Assembly: GCF_021869535.1 (NCBI RefSeq)
Contig: NW_026262690.1
Coordinates: 38,688,001-38,752,000, forward strand
DNA length: 64,000 bases
Reading direction: 5' to 3'
Source of the DNA: Mytilus californianus
Lineage: Eukaryota
This document shows positions 25,901 to 37,900 of this stretch, one piece after another (position 1 is the first letter of the stretch; every line of letters begins with the position of its first letter). The notes beneath the pieces are model-generated. The model saw nothing but the letters and a program-made list of their open reading frames with translations. It ran no database searches and was not told the origin of the DNA. The position numbers and the translations under genes were made by a program.

Positions 25901-28900
25901 GTAATTGATTGATCTAGCCATGTTTCTGTTGCTATTATAACATCAGGTTTGGTACTATCTATGATGTTTTCAACTTGGTGTTGTTTGTTTCTAATAGACT
26001 GACAGTTGACATTCAAAATTCGCAATGGTGTAAAGGGCTTATGTTTTTCCTTTACATTATTTCGTTTTGGTGTTGACGAATGTAGTGGCTTTCTGTTCTG
26101 TGTTTCAGTACTGTTGTTAAGAGTATTTTCCAGTGGGCTGAAGCTGTTTTCTGTTTGGATGGATGTTGAGCCGTAACACAATGAGTTGTAGTTTGGGCTG
26201 TCGCAAACAATGCAGTCCCATCTTAAAGCAGTGTTTTCGTCTGCTGTGAGGTAACTATATGTGCCACTATGAATGTCCTGACAATTGATGTGAAACCACT
26301 GGTCGCATGTGTCACATCTGACAGCTCTGTGGTCCCAGGTGACAGGTTGGTCACATGTGCCGCAGGGGTATATTGTGCTGTTGTTGTGTTGTGTTGGTCC
26401 TGGATTTGGGTTGACATCATTTGCATTTGCTAATAGTATTAATATTAAGTATGATGATATCGAGTTGCATCTGTATGGTCTTGATTTTGGTGATTTGCGC
26501 TGTTTTATCACAGTTAGCAAGCTGTTTGCTGTTATATACTGTTTGATCTGGGTTTCATCATCACTGAGTATTTGTAGTTGGTCTACTTCTGCTTTTTCTA
26601 CAGCTATGTACTTTACAATTGTGATTATGATGATGATTAAGCTGGTGCTGAAACGCATTTTATTTATACAGTATAGTGATGTTAATTTGTTCTTGGTGTA
26701 TTGTCTGTTAGTTACTTATTCTTGAGTTCTTGAATTGTATGAGGATGTGGATACTTCTGATCGTTGAGTGCATGTAGTAAAGACTGATAAGATAAACTCA
26801 CCTAAACCCTTTACTACAGCTTCTGTCTTCAGTATTCTTTTCCTCAGTTTCTTTGCTACTAGAATAGTGACAACAGCTCTTCTTCTGAGACTTGGAGTTG
26901 TATTTCTTCAGCCTCTGTTGCAATATGATAGCACTCTCTGTATGTATCAAGGAGTAGTTGTTTTGTGATGACTAAGCTAAGTAGGGGTCCTGGATGTACA
27001 CCGTCTGCTTTGTTGAGTGAGATGTTCACAGATTTTCTATAACCTCCTCTTTTTACTTTCCTTGCTCGAAAGAAGTATTTGCTGGTTTTGACTGTGTTCT
27101 TTCTTAGGCCTTGGTTAAGTTCAGATATTTTGGTGTTCAAATTTTGAATCTGTCTGGTGACAAGGAAATCTTCTACTTTGAAGATTGCTGGGTTGGTATG
27201 TCCTTTGTGTTAGTTGTAGTTAACAATTGAAAGAATGGGACAGTCTACAAATTTTATTTCAGCGTTAGGATATTTTTCCACGATTGTAATTGCTCTTTTA
27301 TATTCAGTAAGTATACTGTTAACTGTTTTATGCTCTTGATTGTGTCTTAGCTTGATGAATTTTCCCTATCGTGATCAGTTTTTCGCTATCGTGATCCGTT
27401 TTTCTACAGATTTATTTTCTTTTTATATTTTCGTGATCCGTGATCATGGATATTTTTTTCTGTGAATCGTGATTGACAAAAAAATCAACTCGTGAATCGT
27501 GATGAGACCCCCCCATCAGGCCCCTCTATAATGACAAGAAAATTGAAGAATGTTGCAGTACTGAGTACTCAAAATAATATTATCGAAAAATCATACAATG
27601 GAACTTGCACCTTCAGACCATCATTGAAACCACTTCTGTTGACAGCTTCAGAGATCAGCTAACTACACAGCTGTCAGTTTCAAATAAACACACCAAAACA
27701 TGTATACAAAAGTTATTTTTTAATTTTAATCACAATATTAAACTGCATATACAAACATTTAAATTGTTATTGAATTATTATGAATTTGTATAAATTTTTG
27801 CTCATCATGCATGTGCAACAACATATAGTCTTCAGTATTGAAGCCTTGTTGACCCAAAAAAGAAACAGATTATAATATTGATATCATTTAAATATTTAGT
27901 CCAAATAATTATGATGTCTTGAAAGGCTATTTTAATTTTTTTCTGTGACGCCTTCCTACGACATTATAACGCTGAAGCCATTTTTTCCGTCTGGACTTTG
28001 AGAGCAAATTTTGGGGGGAACTTTGAGACCCAATTTTGGCATGAAATTTTCATTGCCAGCTAGAAATATTTGCATAGTTACAAAGTCCTACCTTTTTTGT
28101 GCTTATTGATGCAAAATATTTCCAGAAATATCCAAAAGATATGATAAAATAAGATATGATTCCATTTGAGGTGAGCAAATATTTACTTTAATTTCAAAAT
28201 GGTTTCCCAGAATTTCCAAAATACGTCACTTCCGGAGAGTATAAAATATCAGGCATGGTAAAATTGGCAGACCCGAATTTGCGGATAATATAAATAGAAC
28301 GTTCTGGAAATTCTGGTCCATCAAATTTTACCGAGTTTACCAAAGTCCAGACGGAAAAAATGGCGTTATGACGTCGTAGGAAGGCGTCACAGAAAAAAAA
28401 TAGCCTTTCAAGACGTCATAATTATTTGGACTATTAACATGATTAAATATTCTGCTCAGAAAAGATAATAAATATATTGAATTAACATGTAGGACGCCTC
28501 CCCTCAAAGGAAGCCACAAGAACTAGGTTGCCATGTTACAATTCGCCAACAATTATTGGTATTGGTTATTTATTTCTATCATTCAAAATGGTGCAATTTC
28601 TTAAAAATTAATGCTCTATATTCATGATATTATAATGTTATTTTTAGATTATATTATTAGAGGCCAGTGATAGACTTGGGGGTTGGATACAGACATCCAG
28701 ACTTGATAATGGTGCTATATTTGAGCATGGTCCAAGAAGTCTGCGTCCAGCAGGAAAAGGAGGAAAAAACACTTTGTCATTGGTTTGCATATTACAGAAA
28801 TTGTTTGCTGAAGCTTTCCTTGATAAACTTGAGTTTGAAACCATTTAATTTTGTACATTTCGCAAGAAATTATATGATATTGATGTATATGGATCATTTC

Positions 28901-31900
28901 ATATTAAATGAACTATTTAGAAATAGCCAATAAATGAAAGAATCAACAGATTTATAACTATTATTTATATTAACAGCTGCTTGAAGTTCTTCATCTGCTT
29001 ATATCTCACAGCAAGATTAAAATAGCTCCAAGTATTTTTTTCAGCAATACATGATCATGATGCTTCATGAAAATTTGTTTAAAACTGAATTGTTACTTGA
29101 AAAAACAAAAGTATAAATCGTAAAGTATGTCCATTCATTATTATGAATTTCTATAAAAAAGCACAAAATAAATTTCTTCTGAATACAAAATTTACATCAC
29201 TTAGTGAAGCTCCAATGAAGCTTCAAATCTAAGAAATGTTCAGCCAAGAAAAAAAAACCCAAAAGTTCTGACCATGAATAGAATCAGGTTGATTTAATTC
29301 AGAATAGCACTTTTGTTATGAGAAAATAACCAATTGACCATTTTTGTTTACCAGGCAACAGAACTTGGATTATCAAATGACATCATTGCAGTAACTAGAA
29401 ATCACCCATCAACGAGAAACAGATATATCTATATGAACAAAAAATTAAACAGGCTTGCAATGGGTGGTGGTAAGTGGCTGAAATAGATTTATATTTAAAT
29501 GTACAAATGGAGTTGCTTCCTTCATGCACTTACTGTAGTACATGGGCTTACTAATGGCTTAAATCCCCTTCATTTGGACTCTCTGGCAATCATACATAAA
29601 TAAATTTTATTATTTAGTATTCTATGGGATTGTTGTCGTATATCCATCTCATATTTTTATTTATCCAACAATAAATGTATATAGTAGATCATTATAAAAA
29701 TAGGAAGATCATTGCCATCTATTTAATTAAACCTCAAATCAGGAAATGGAACCTTATAAATGATTTATTTAACTGCTATATTGGAAGATATAACCAGGGA
29801 GCATTTTTATAGTGAAAGACCAATTCATACTTAATCTAAAATATTAATACAGCCAACAAATAAATGTACAAGCTTCATCATGAAACTACTACTTGGAAAA
29901 AAAATATGTCTTTTTAACAAAAATAAGGATGTAGGGTATGATTGCCAGTGACGCAACTATCATCCAAAGACAAGAGACAATGATGTAAATGTATGTATTA
30001 CCATATAAAGGTCTTCTACAATGAGCAAAACCCATACCATATAGTAAGTTATAAATGGCCTTGCCTTAACAAAATGAAACAATTCAAAATAGAAAACCAA
30101 TGGCCTGATTTAAGCTAATTACATTAAATATAATATGGCAGATAGCAACGAAAGACAACCATGCAGTGAAATATAGCTTTGGACAGGCACAAATGTGATA
30201 TAATTGTTAGTGTTCAACCCTCAATCTCAGTTCTATGTCTATACTATTAAACCTCTTTTTATTTTATATTAGCAAATAATTGCCTGAAAGATTGAAAAAA
30301 GCTGTTAGTGTTATCCTAGAAATGACTGAAAATTTATCTCACAGAGTTAAACACAGTATTCTGTTTGTAGCTGTTCTGTCACCCACTAGATGTAGACCAT
30401 TCATTTTTATTTTTATCTACTTGCATCATCATTACTTTATTTAGGCTTCTCATCAGTAGAATTTATTTATTGTTATTACAGCTAGAATAAATCTTTTTCT
30501 CAACAGGTTTTAAAAATACATTCTTCAAGCAGCCCCCATTTTCAGAGTCTGTATTCAGTATGGTTATAAATGAGTTACGAGCACCAGTACCTGTAAATGA
30601 TATAGAGGATGAATCTATTCACAGTTTCTTCTCCAGAAGAATAGGGCAGGAGGTAATTTTAATCTTAAAAATAATTCTTTCATGCCATGGCATGATAAAA
30701 TTATTTTGGTTCTTATAGGAAATTTTAAAAACTGTTGTACAAAAGTACTTCTAAGCGTACCTTTAAAACACATGCGAAAGGGAGCCATTTTGATTTAAAG
30801 AAGCCCACACATTCTAAAAAAACAATTGTTTCAAGATAAAAAATTAATTGAAACATGTAGACTTACTTTGAGAATGATTTTATTTAATTTCCTAGCAAGC
30901 AACACCCACAAAAATGTCCATCTTGATCTCCAGCGTTGTTCAAAATACAACTGATGTTGCAATTTTCATTGTGACGTCACATGCCCCATGTTTTTGAATT
31001 TTTATTGGAATTAGAACATGGCTTTGTTCACAAAGCGAAAGAAGATCATCATATTAAAACATTGAACTCTATTTTTAGATAAGGTCATCACAAACTGATG
31101 ACCAATTGGAAGTATAGATGTTCAGATGCTAAGAAATGGTTTAAGACACCGGGGAAGTGTTTGATTCTGAATGTCCAATGGGATAATCACATTTTCATCA
31201 TTTGCACTGGAACAACTTTGACAAATTTTAACCAAACTTGGCAAGAATGTTGTATAAAAGATCATTAACAAACATTTCTCATTTGGTTCTGATCTGAAAA
31301 CCTGGTTGCTAGCAATAACCTTTGTTTCTGATTGGCCAACTTTTAAAAATTTCTTCAATGAAACTACAAGGTGTTATGTTTTGACATTTATATGGACTTA
31401 TGGTTTGGAGGCCCCTATAAACAACTTTTGTAAAATGCTGATCTGATGGAAATCATAACAGCTTTGGTGGCATACATTTCTCTTAAAAACTCTGAAAATT
31501 CAACTGTTTTGATCTTTTTCTCTGTAATTACTATGCCAAATTGAACCAAACTTATTATTAATGATGTACAGAAGGTTTTTATGAAGGATTTTCATGTGGG
31601 CCAATGAGAAGAAAAAGTGTCTGCCAGAGGCATTCTTGGTTACTGATTGAACAACTTTAATAAACATTTTACAGAAATTTTGATGTTATACTTTATTATT
31701 GGATGCATACGTTTTAGTAGGCTATGTCCATATCATGGTGGGTTAACCAGAGAAATCTGTAGGCTATGTCCATATCATGGTGGGTTAACCAGAGAAATCC
31801 GTAGGCTATGTCCATATCATGGTGGGTTAACCAGAGAAATCTGTAGGCTATGTCCATATCATGGTGGGTTAACCAGAGAAATCTGTAGGCTATGTCCATA

Positions 31901-34900
31901 TCATGGTGGGTTAACCAGAGAAATCTGTAGGCTATGTCCATATCATGGTGGGTTAACCAGAGAAATCTGTAGGCTATGTCCATATCATGGTGGGTTAACC
32001 AGAGAAATCTGTAGACTGTCCATATCATGGTGGGTTAACCAGAGAAATCTGTTAAAACAGAGTTATATATAATTCCTTAGGTTGCAGACTATCTTCTTGA
32101 CCCAGTGTTTCGTGGGATATTTGCTGGTGATATATCTAAACTAAGTGTCAAATCATGCCTGCCTATGGATGTTCTAAAGCTTGAAAAAGAATACAAATCA
32201 TTAATAAAAGGAGCACTCAGAGGCAAAGACAAAGGTACTACATGTAGTTTATATTTAAGAAAAATTCTTTCATTCTTTTGCTCTACACTCATTTTATCAT
32301 GTTTCAGCATTATATTTGCCAATATCCTTTTACCTAGCTTTATCATTGATAGTATATATAAAGGGTACTTGCTGTTATTTAAGGGACATACTCTCTTAAT
32401 CAAACAAAAGTTCAAACTTTTTCTTATAAAATACTCATGGTTGTTTTTACCTTAAATTACACTTAGTAAATCTAAACTCAAAAATGATTGATGTACCTTT
32501 CAGGAAATAGACTTTAGAATTTCTCACAGATTATAAATAACAAGGCATGTAGGATATACATCAACGGGACAGCAATTTTAAATCAAAATAGATAGGTTTC
32601 TATGCAATATATCAAGCTCTTAATTGTGAATACATAAGACAGTGACTATTAAATGTCAGCTTTATCAACACCAAACTCACCTTATGACAAAAACATTAAG
32701 ATATAACTGAAAACAACCACTGTAGAGGTTTCTGACATGGAAATGACAAACATAGATCTTGATGGATTTAATTACCTGTATTGTTTTGTGATCTCAGCAA
32801 CCTTTTAAGGTTTATCAGTTGATAATAAAAGATACATAAAGGAACTTAAGAAAGAAAATTCAGTACATAAAAGCACTTAACTCTATTATACCCATATAAA
32901 GGACAACAAAAACACAAGTATAGACCAGAACAATAATAAACCACACTGAATTCAGTTGCTAAAACTAGCTCAATGTACACCTCCTGATTCGAAATCCTTC
33001 ACAGTAATATTATCCTCATTACTTTGGTTAGATTTATAGACTTATCAATAAAGGTTTTTATGTTATATACTGTGGATTCATATATTTTCGTGGATACCAG
33101 TTTTCATGGATTAAGGAAAATTAGATTTCATTGGTATTTGAATTTGGTTTTATCCCAAATATTGCATACAGGCCTATAGAAAATTTAAAATTCGTTGAAT
33201 ATTTCAAATCATGGCTGACTTATACACATGAAATGAATTAAAATTGGTATTCCATGAATAATGATGAATTTAAAGTACATGCATTTTTTTTATTATACCC
33301 CCGCTTTAAAAAAGTGGGGGTATACTGTTTTACCTCTGTCTGTCCGTCAGTCCGTCCGTCCCATGAATATTTTACGTCGCATCTTTCTCAGGAACTACAT
33401 CATAAGAATTTCTGAAATTTGGTTTCAGGGTTTATATAAGTCAGCTATATCCGGTGATGCGTTTTCAGATTCATCACTCAACAACTTCCTGTTTACCGAA
33501 ATATTTGGGCGGGGTATCATCAGTTATCAGTAGCTCGCAGTTTCACTTGTTTACTCTTTTCTTGTATCAATATTGATTCACTTATTTTTAGTTTGAGACA
33601 CAACTATAAAAATGTATGTTTCATTAATGATTTACTATTAACACAAAATTCTTTTTAATGGATAAAAACAGAGATTTAAATTATGAAAGCCATGATGAGA
33701 TTTCTGACAGTTTCCATTAGGTTTGGAGAAATCCTAGTAGCCATATTGTATCTTGATTATCCTTATGTTAGATTAAGTTATGACATTGTACTCTCATTTT
33801 TTACAGTAAAGGTTGACATTCTTTTAATCTTATAAGGATAATTTTTGTAGATGATGAAGAAGTATATGCAATGAATGATATAATGAGAGCAACAAAGGAA
33901 AAATGGTCTACCTGGTCATTTCAGAAAGGAATGTCACAGCTATCAGAAAGATTAGAAGATGTAATAATAAGACGAGGAAATGTAGAAATTAGAAAATCTA
34001 CACCTTGTAGAGGCCTAGAATTTGATGGTGATAAAGTGAAGGTAATCAATACCACTGAACAATTATTTGTAAAATATTTAGGGAATAAAATCAAAGCTGA
34101 AGTGTGTCAAATTTGCTAATCAGGAAATCTTCTATTGCCTTAAATGAAATTTAAAGTTTAAGAATTTTCCTTTGGTTTCATGTTTTTTTTAACATAATAA
34201 AAAAATTTACCAACTCAAATATAATTAAAATTTTCTACACAGTCTACAAATTATGCCAATGTGTATGCTGAATTAAAGCAAATTTTAGGTGACCGTGCAA
34301 TTACATGAAATCGTTTGAAATTTTAATAAAACAACGTATAAATTCCAAAATATGTAAAATAGAAATGGCAAAATTGGTCAAGTAGGTGAACTACAAAATG
34401 TTTATGACATTACAGTGACATCACAAATGATATTTCTGCACTTTATTTACCTTTAATTTTTGTGTAGCTGGTTGTTGTCTCATTGACCTACTGTGGGTTC
34501 ATTATTATTCGTGGGATACCAATTTTCGTTGATTTCGTGGGTAGAAGTGAACCACGAATTTAAATGTTCAACGAATAACGAATTCTCTATAGGTTTGTAT
34601 GCAGACTTTGACAAACCATGAAATCAAATATCCACAAAAAACCAAGTTTTCCTCAATCCACGAAAATTGGTACCAACGAAAATAAATGAATCCACAGTAT
34701 TCCTTACATCTCAATTTACTTACACTTACTATAACTTACAGCTCATAAATAGTAGAGTGGTTGATATGGGTTTATACCACAATATGTAGAATTGAAAACC
34801 TGTTAACAATATGGCACAGATAAATTTCCTTTCACATGACCTCGTTTGAGAATGCAAGAAAGGTTAGCATTCTTCTCAGGATTTTTCATAAAACATAAAT

Positions 34901-37900
34901 GAACATTGGCTATTTCTGGCAATTTTCATTTGAGCTACATACGATTTTCCCTCAATTTTTTAAATGATTCCTGAAAAGCATGATGATAAGTACAACAAAC
35001 ATGCACCAATATCCTTGGTTAGCTCTTCAGATAGCACCTGTATTATTTTTCACTCCTGAAGGTAGCATCAATGCTTTGTAGGGTCTTTTGGGGTCTACTC
35101 ACTATGATACAGAAAATCTTTCAACAACATGGAGGTGATAAAAGGTTTTTAGGTTTTCGTTCTTTTGGGGATTTTTGAATAAGGAGCATACTATTTCCCA
35201 CAAATTTGTATCTGCTGAGCGCAAGATTTCCTGCAAGTTTTCATATCCAAATGCTAAAAAAGCATTTTGATAAGTAAATCAAACATGTACCAAAGAGCTC
35301 ATCAGGTAGCACCTGCCTCATATTAAATAAATTCACAGTTATAGATCGACTGACGAATTTCTAACACCTGTAACTTAAGATGCCAAGTAATGGCTTTTAT
35401 CATACCTCTCTGTTTGATGTTACCTTTCAATAACTTATGCCAAGTTCAACAAGATGAAATAATTAAAAAAAACAGTTGCAAGGAACCAACTTTTGACATT
35501 TACTCCTCCATTGATCATCTTCGCTAGCCAAGGGTTACGATCCACTTCCCTCCTCTCCACCCTTGGCAGATTGAGATAGAATTATGGAGACACAAGGTAA
35601 TGATTTTCATTGGTTGCAGTCGAAACTCGCTGCATCCAATCAAAAAGCGCCTATAACATGATCACGTGTAAATGTAGAAAGTGTATGTAAACAATTGCCA
35701 CGTGCTTATTGTGCAACAAGTCTTTACATCCCTAAACATACGACTATATTTAGTGACAATTTGAATGTTTTTAATCAACTAATAGAAGTTCCTGTGTATG
35801 TTTCTTGCACAAATGCATGAATAGCAACATATATTTTCGTTTCCTGCTTTACCAAGTGTGTAGAATCTAGACGCTACCGTGTTTTTATTTCCAAATTGAA
35901 GAGTTCAAGTGCTACCATTGGTCAAGAATAATGTATTCGGAATGGGCGTGACTTTAATCTACCGATAGTTGGCGCAACATTGTTATCACAAATGTTGGCT
36001 TAATCTGCCAAGGGTGGAGAGGAGGGAAGTGGATCGTAACCCTTGGCTAGCGATGATGTCCATTGATATGTCCATTTATAATATAAAAAACATAACAATT
36101 GGTCATTCCTGCTCCATTTAAATAATTTTATTAAAATTGAGTAAAATCAAACCTCTTGAGGTGTAATTTTCTCAATTTTATATAACCCTTTCCAAGGTTT
36201 CTTTGCTTTATGTTGTGGCAAAATTCACAAATTTTAGGTTTCATTATTTGAATAAATAGCACATGATGGAAATAACTTAACATATTGGTCAAGTTCAAAT
36301 TTGATATATTTTAATGGTTTCTAATTTATGCTCTTAATACTTGGGAAAAGAGACAAGTTCAATGATTTTGCAGTTGATTAGAGTTGCTGTCTCTTCTACA
36401 TATATTCCACATTCCCTTTTATTCATATCAATTAATGCATTTGATGTAGCAACACAATATGCAGGATTGTATGATACATGTAACCTGAAACTGTTCTGTT
36501 TCAAAACTGAAAAGAAACTGGTATAAATGTATTTTATGGCATATAATTATAAAAGAAACAGAATAGAAGCAACTGTACAATTTTTTGTTGTTTTATACAG
36601 GTGATTACAGACACAGAATCTATTACAGCTGATCATGTTGTATCCTCCATATTTTCTCAAGGTAAATAAAGAAAGGAGTATTTTGCAATTGTTCATTTAA
36701 TATTGTAGGATTAGACAAAAAAAGACTTTAAAAAATACAAACTAAAAGCAAGTGGGCATGTTTCTATTAAAAACTGAACTGTCCTTGTTTAAATTATATA
36801 CTGTGGATTCATTTAATTTTTACGTGGATACCAATTTTCGTCAGTTGAGGAAAAATTGTGTTTTCATGGACTTACTTTTGATTTCTAGGTTTTGACAAAG
36901 TCTGCATACAAGCCTATAAACAATATATTCTTTATTGAATATTTGAATTCATTGTTTATCTTTAACCATGAAATCCACACAAATGGGTATCCATCAAATA
37001 ATAATGAATCCACAGTTCTTTACATATAAAGTTACTTAAAAATAATAATATATAGTTTCATAAAATACAATACCAATCTCAGATGGCATGTTTCTTCAAT
37101 AACCTTTATCAGGTATGTTGGAGATTGGCCTTGCGGTCATAAAAATTTTGGATAAAAAAACTGGGTTTGATGTTTCGAGCACAAATTTTGTACTCCCAAG
37201 TACGCAGTAATGTTTAATGACTGAGGGCCCAGACGTTATGGAAGTTAATTAACAATTCAAAAATAGAGGGCCAATACAAAGCTGCCAGAACTATTGTAGG
37301 TCAGCTTTGTTTGAGTAATTTGCCAACTTAACTCTGGTGTAATTTTGTAATTATTCAGCTGAAAGTTAACAGTAAACATGCATCATTTAATTCATGCTAC
37401 TTCAGAAACATTGGCTTCATGTCAGATGGAGACTGACAGACCCTTATCAGATAACTGACCTTGTTGTAGTTATGTATCATAACCATATCAGTGAGCACAT
37501 TTCATATTCTGTAAGCACCTTTGTCATGGTCACCTTGGACAAAAAAATTATGATTATGAAAGCCAAATATGTAAGAAACCAAGTGGTACCTAAACAAGAA
37601 GGTCGTTAAAAGAGGAGCCATTTGTAAACTTTTGTGTTATTCCTACAATTGAAATGCTATGAACATTTTTGATTCTTTGTAGATCTTTCAAAATTGCTTG
37701 GCAGTCCACAAGAAGAACTAGCTAACTTGCTTAATCAGATAACAGCTGTTTCATGTATAGTTGTAAATGTAGAATATAAAGATTATGTATCCCAGATAGA
37801 GGTACTAATATTTCAATATGGCAATACCAGTCTCAAAGCTATTTAAGGGTGCCTGGAAAAATTTGGTTGATTATTTAGGGAATCACTGAAGCATGAATGG

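Larger units (their letters stand above)
23094..27360 (-). mobile_element. 5'-truncated non-LTR retrotransposon (CR1/L2-type), antisense in PPOX intron
   Basis: ORF1 remnant, intact ORF2, short 3' UTR and (GAA)7 tail at 23094-23114. Confidence 0.93.
23052..27526. mobile_element. ~210-bp MITE (GAG...CTC termini) split by the LINE insertion
   Basis: TIR gagggtcctgatggg / cccatcaggcccctc (14/15); TATAAT duplicated at 23046-23051 and 27527-27532; cgtgatc/cgtgaat subterminal repeats on both sides of the LINE. Confidence 0.75.

Noticed and set aside
23228-26968. Numerous plus-strand and alternative-frame ORFs overlapping the LINE
   Set aside because: Shadow ORFs of the ORF1/ORF2 coding strand with no recognisable motifs
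31647-32072. ORFs of 141 and 104 aa across the 42-bp array; superficially CRISPR-like
   Set aside because: Units are contiguous and identical with no unique spacers; the ORFs arise from a stop-free 42-nt unit inside a PPOX intron
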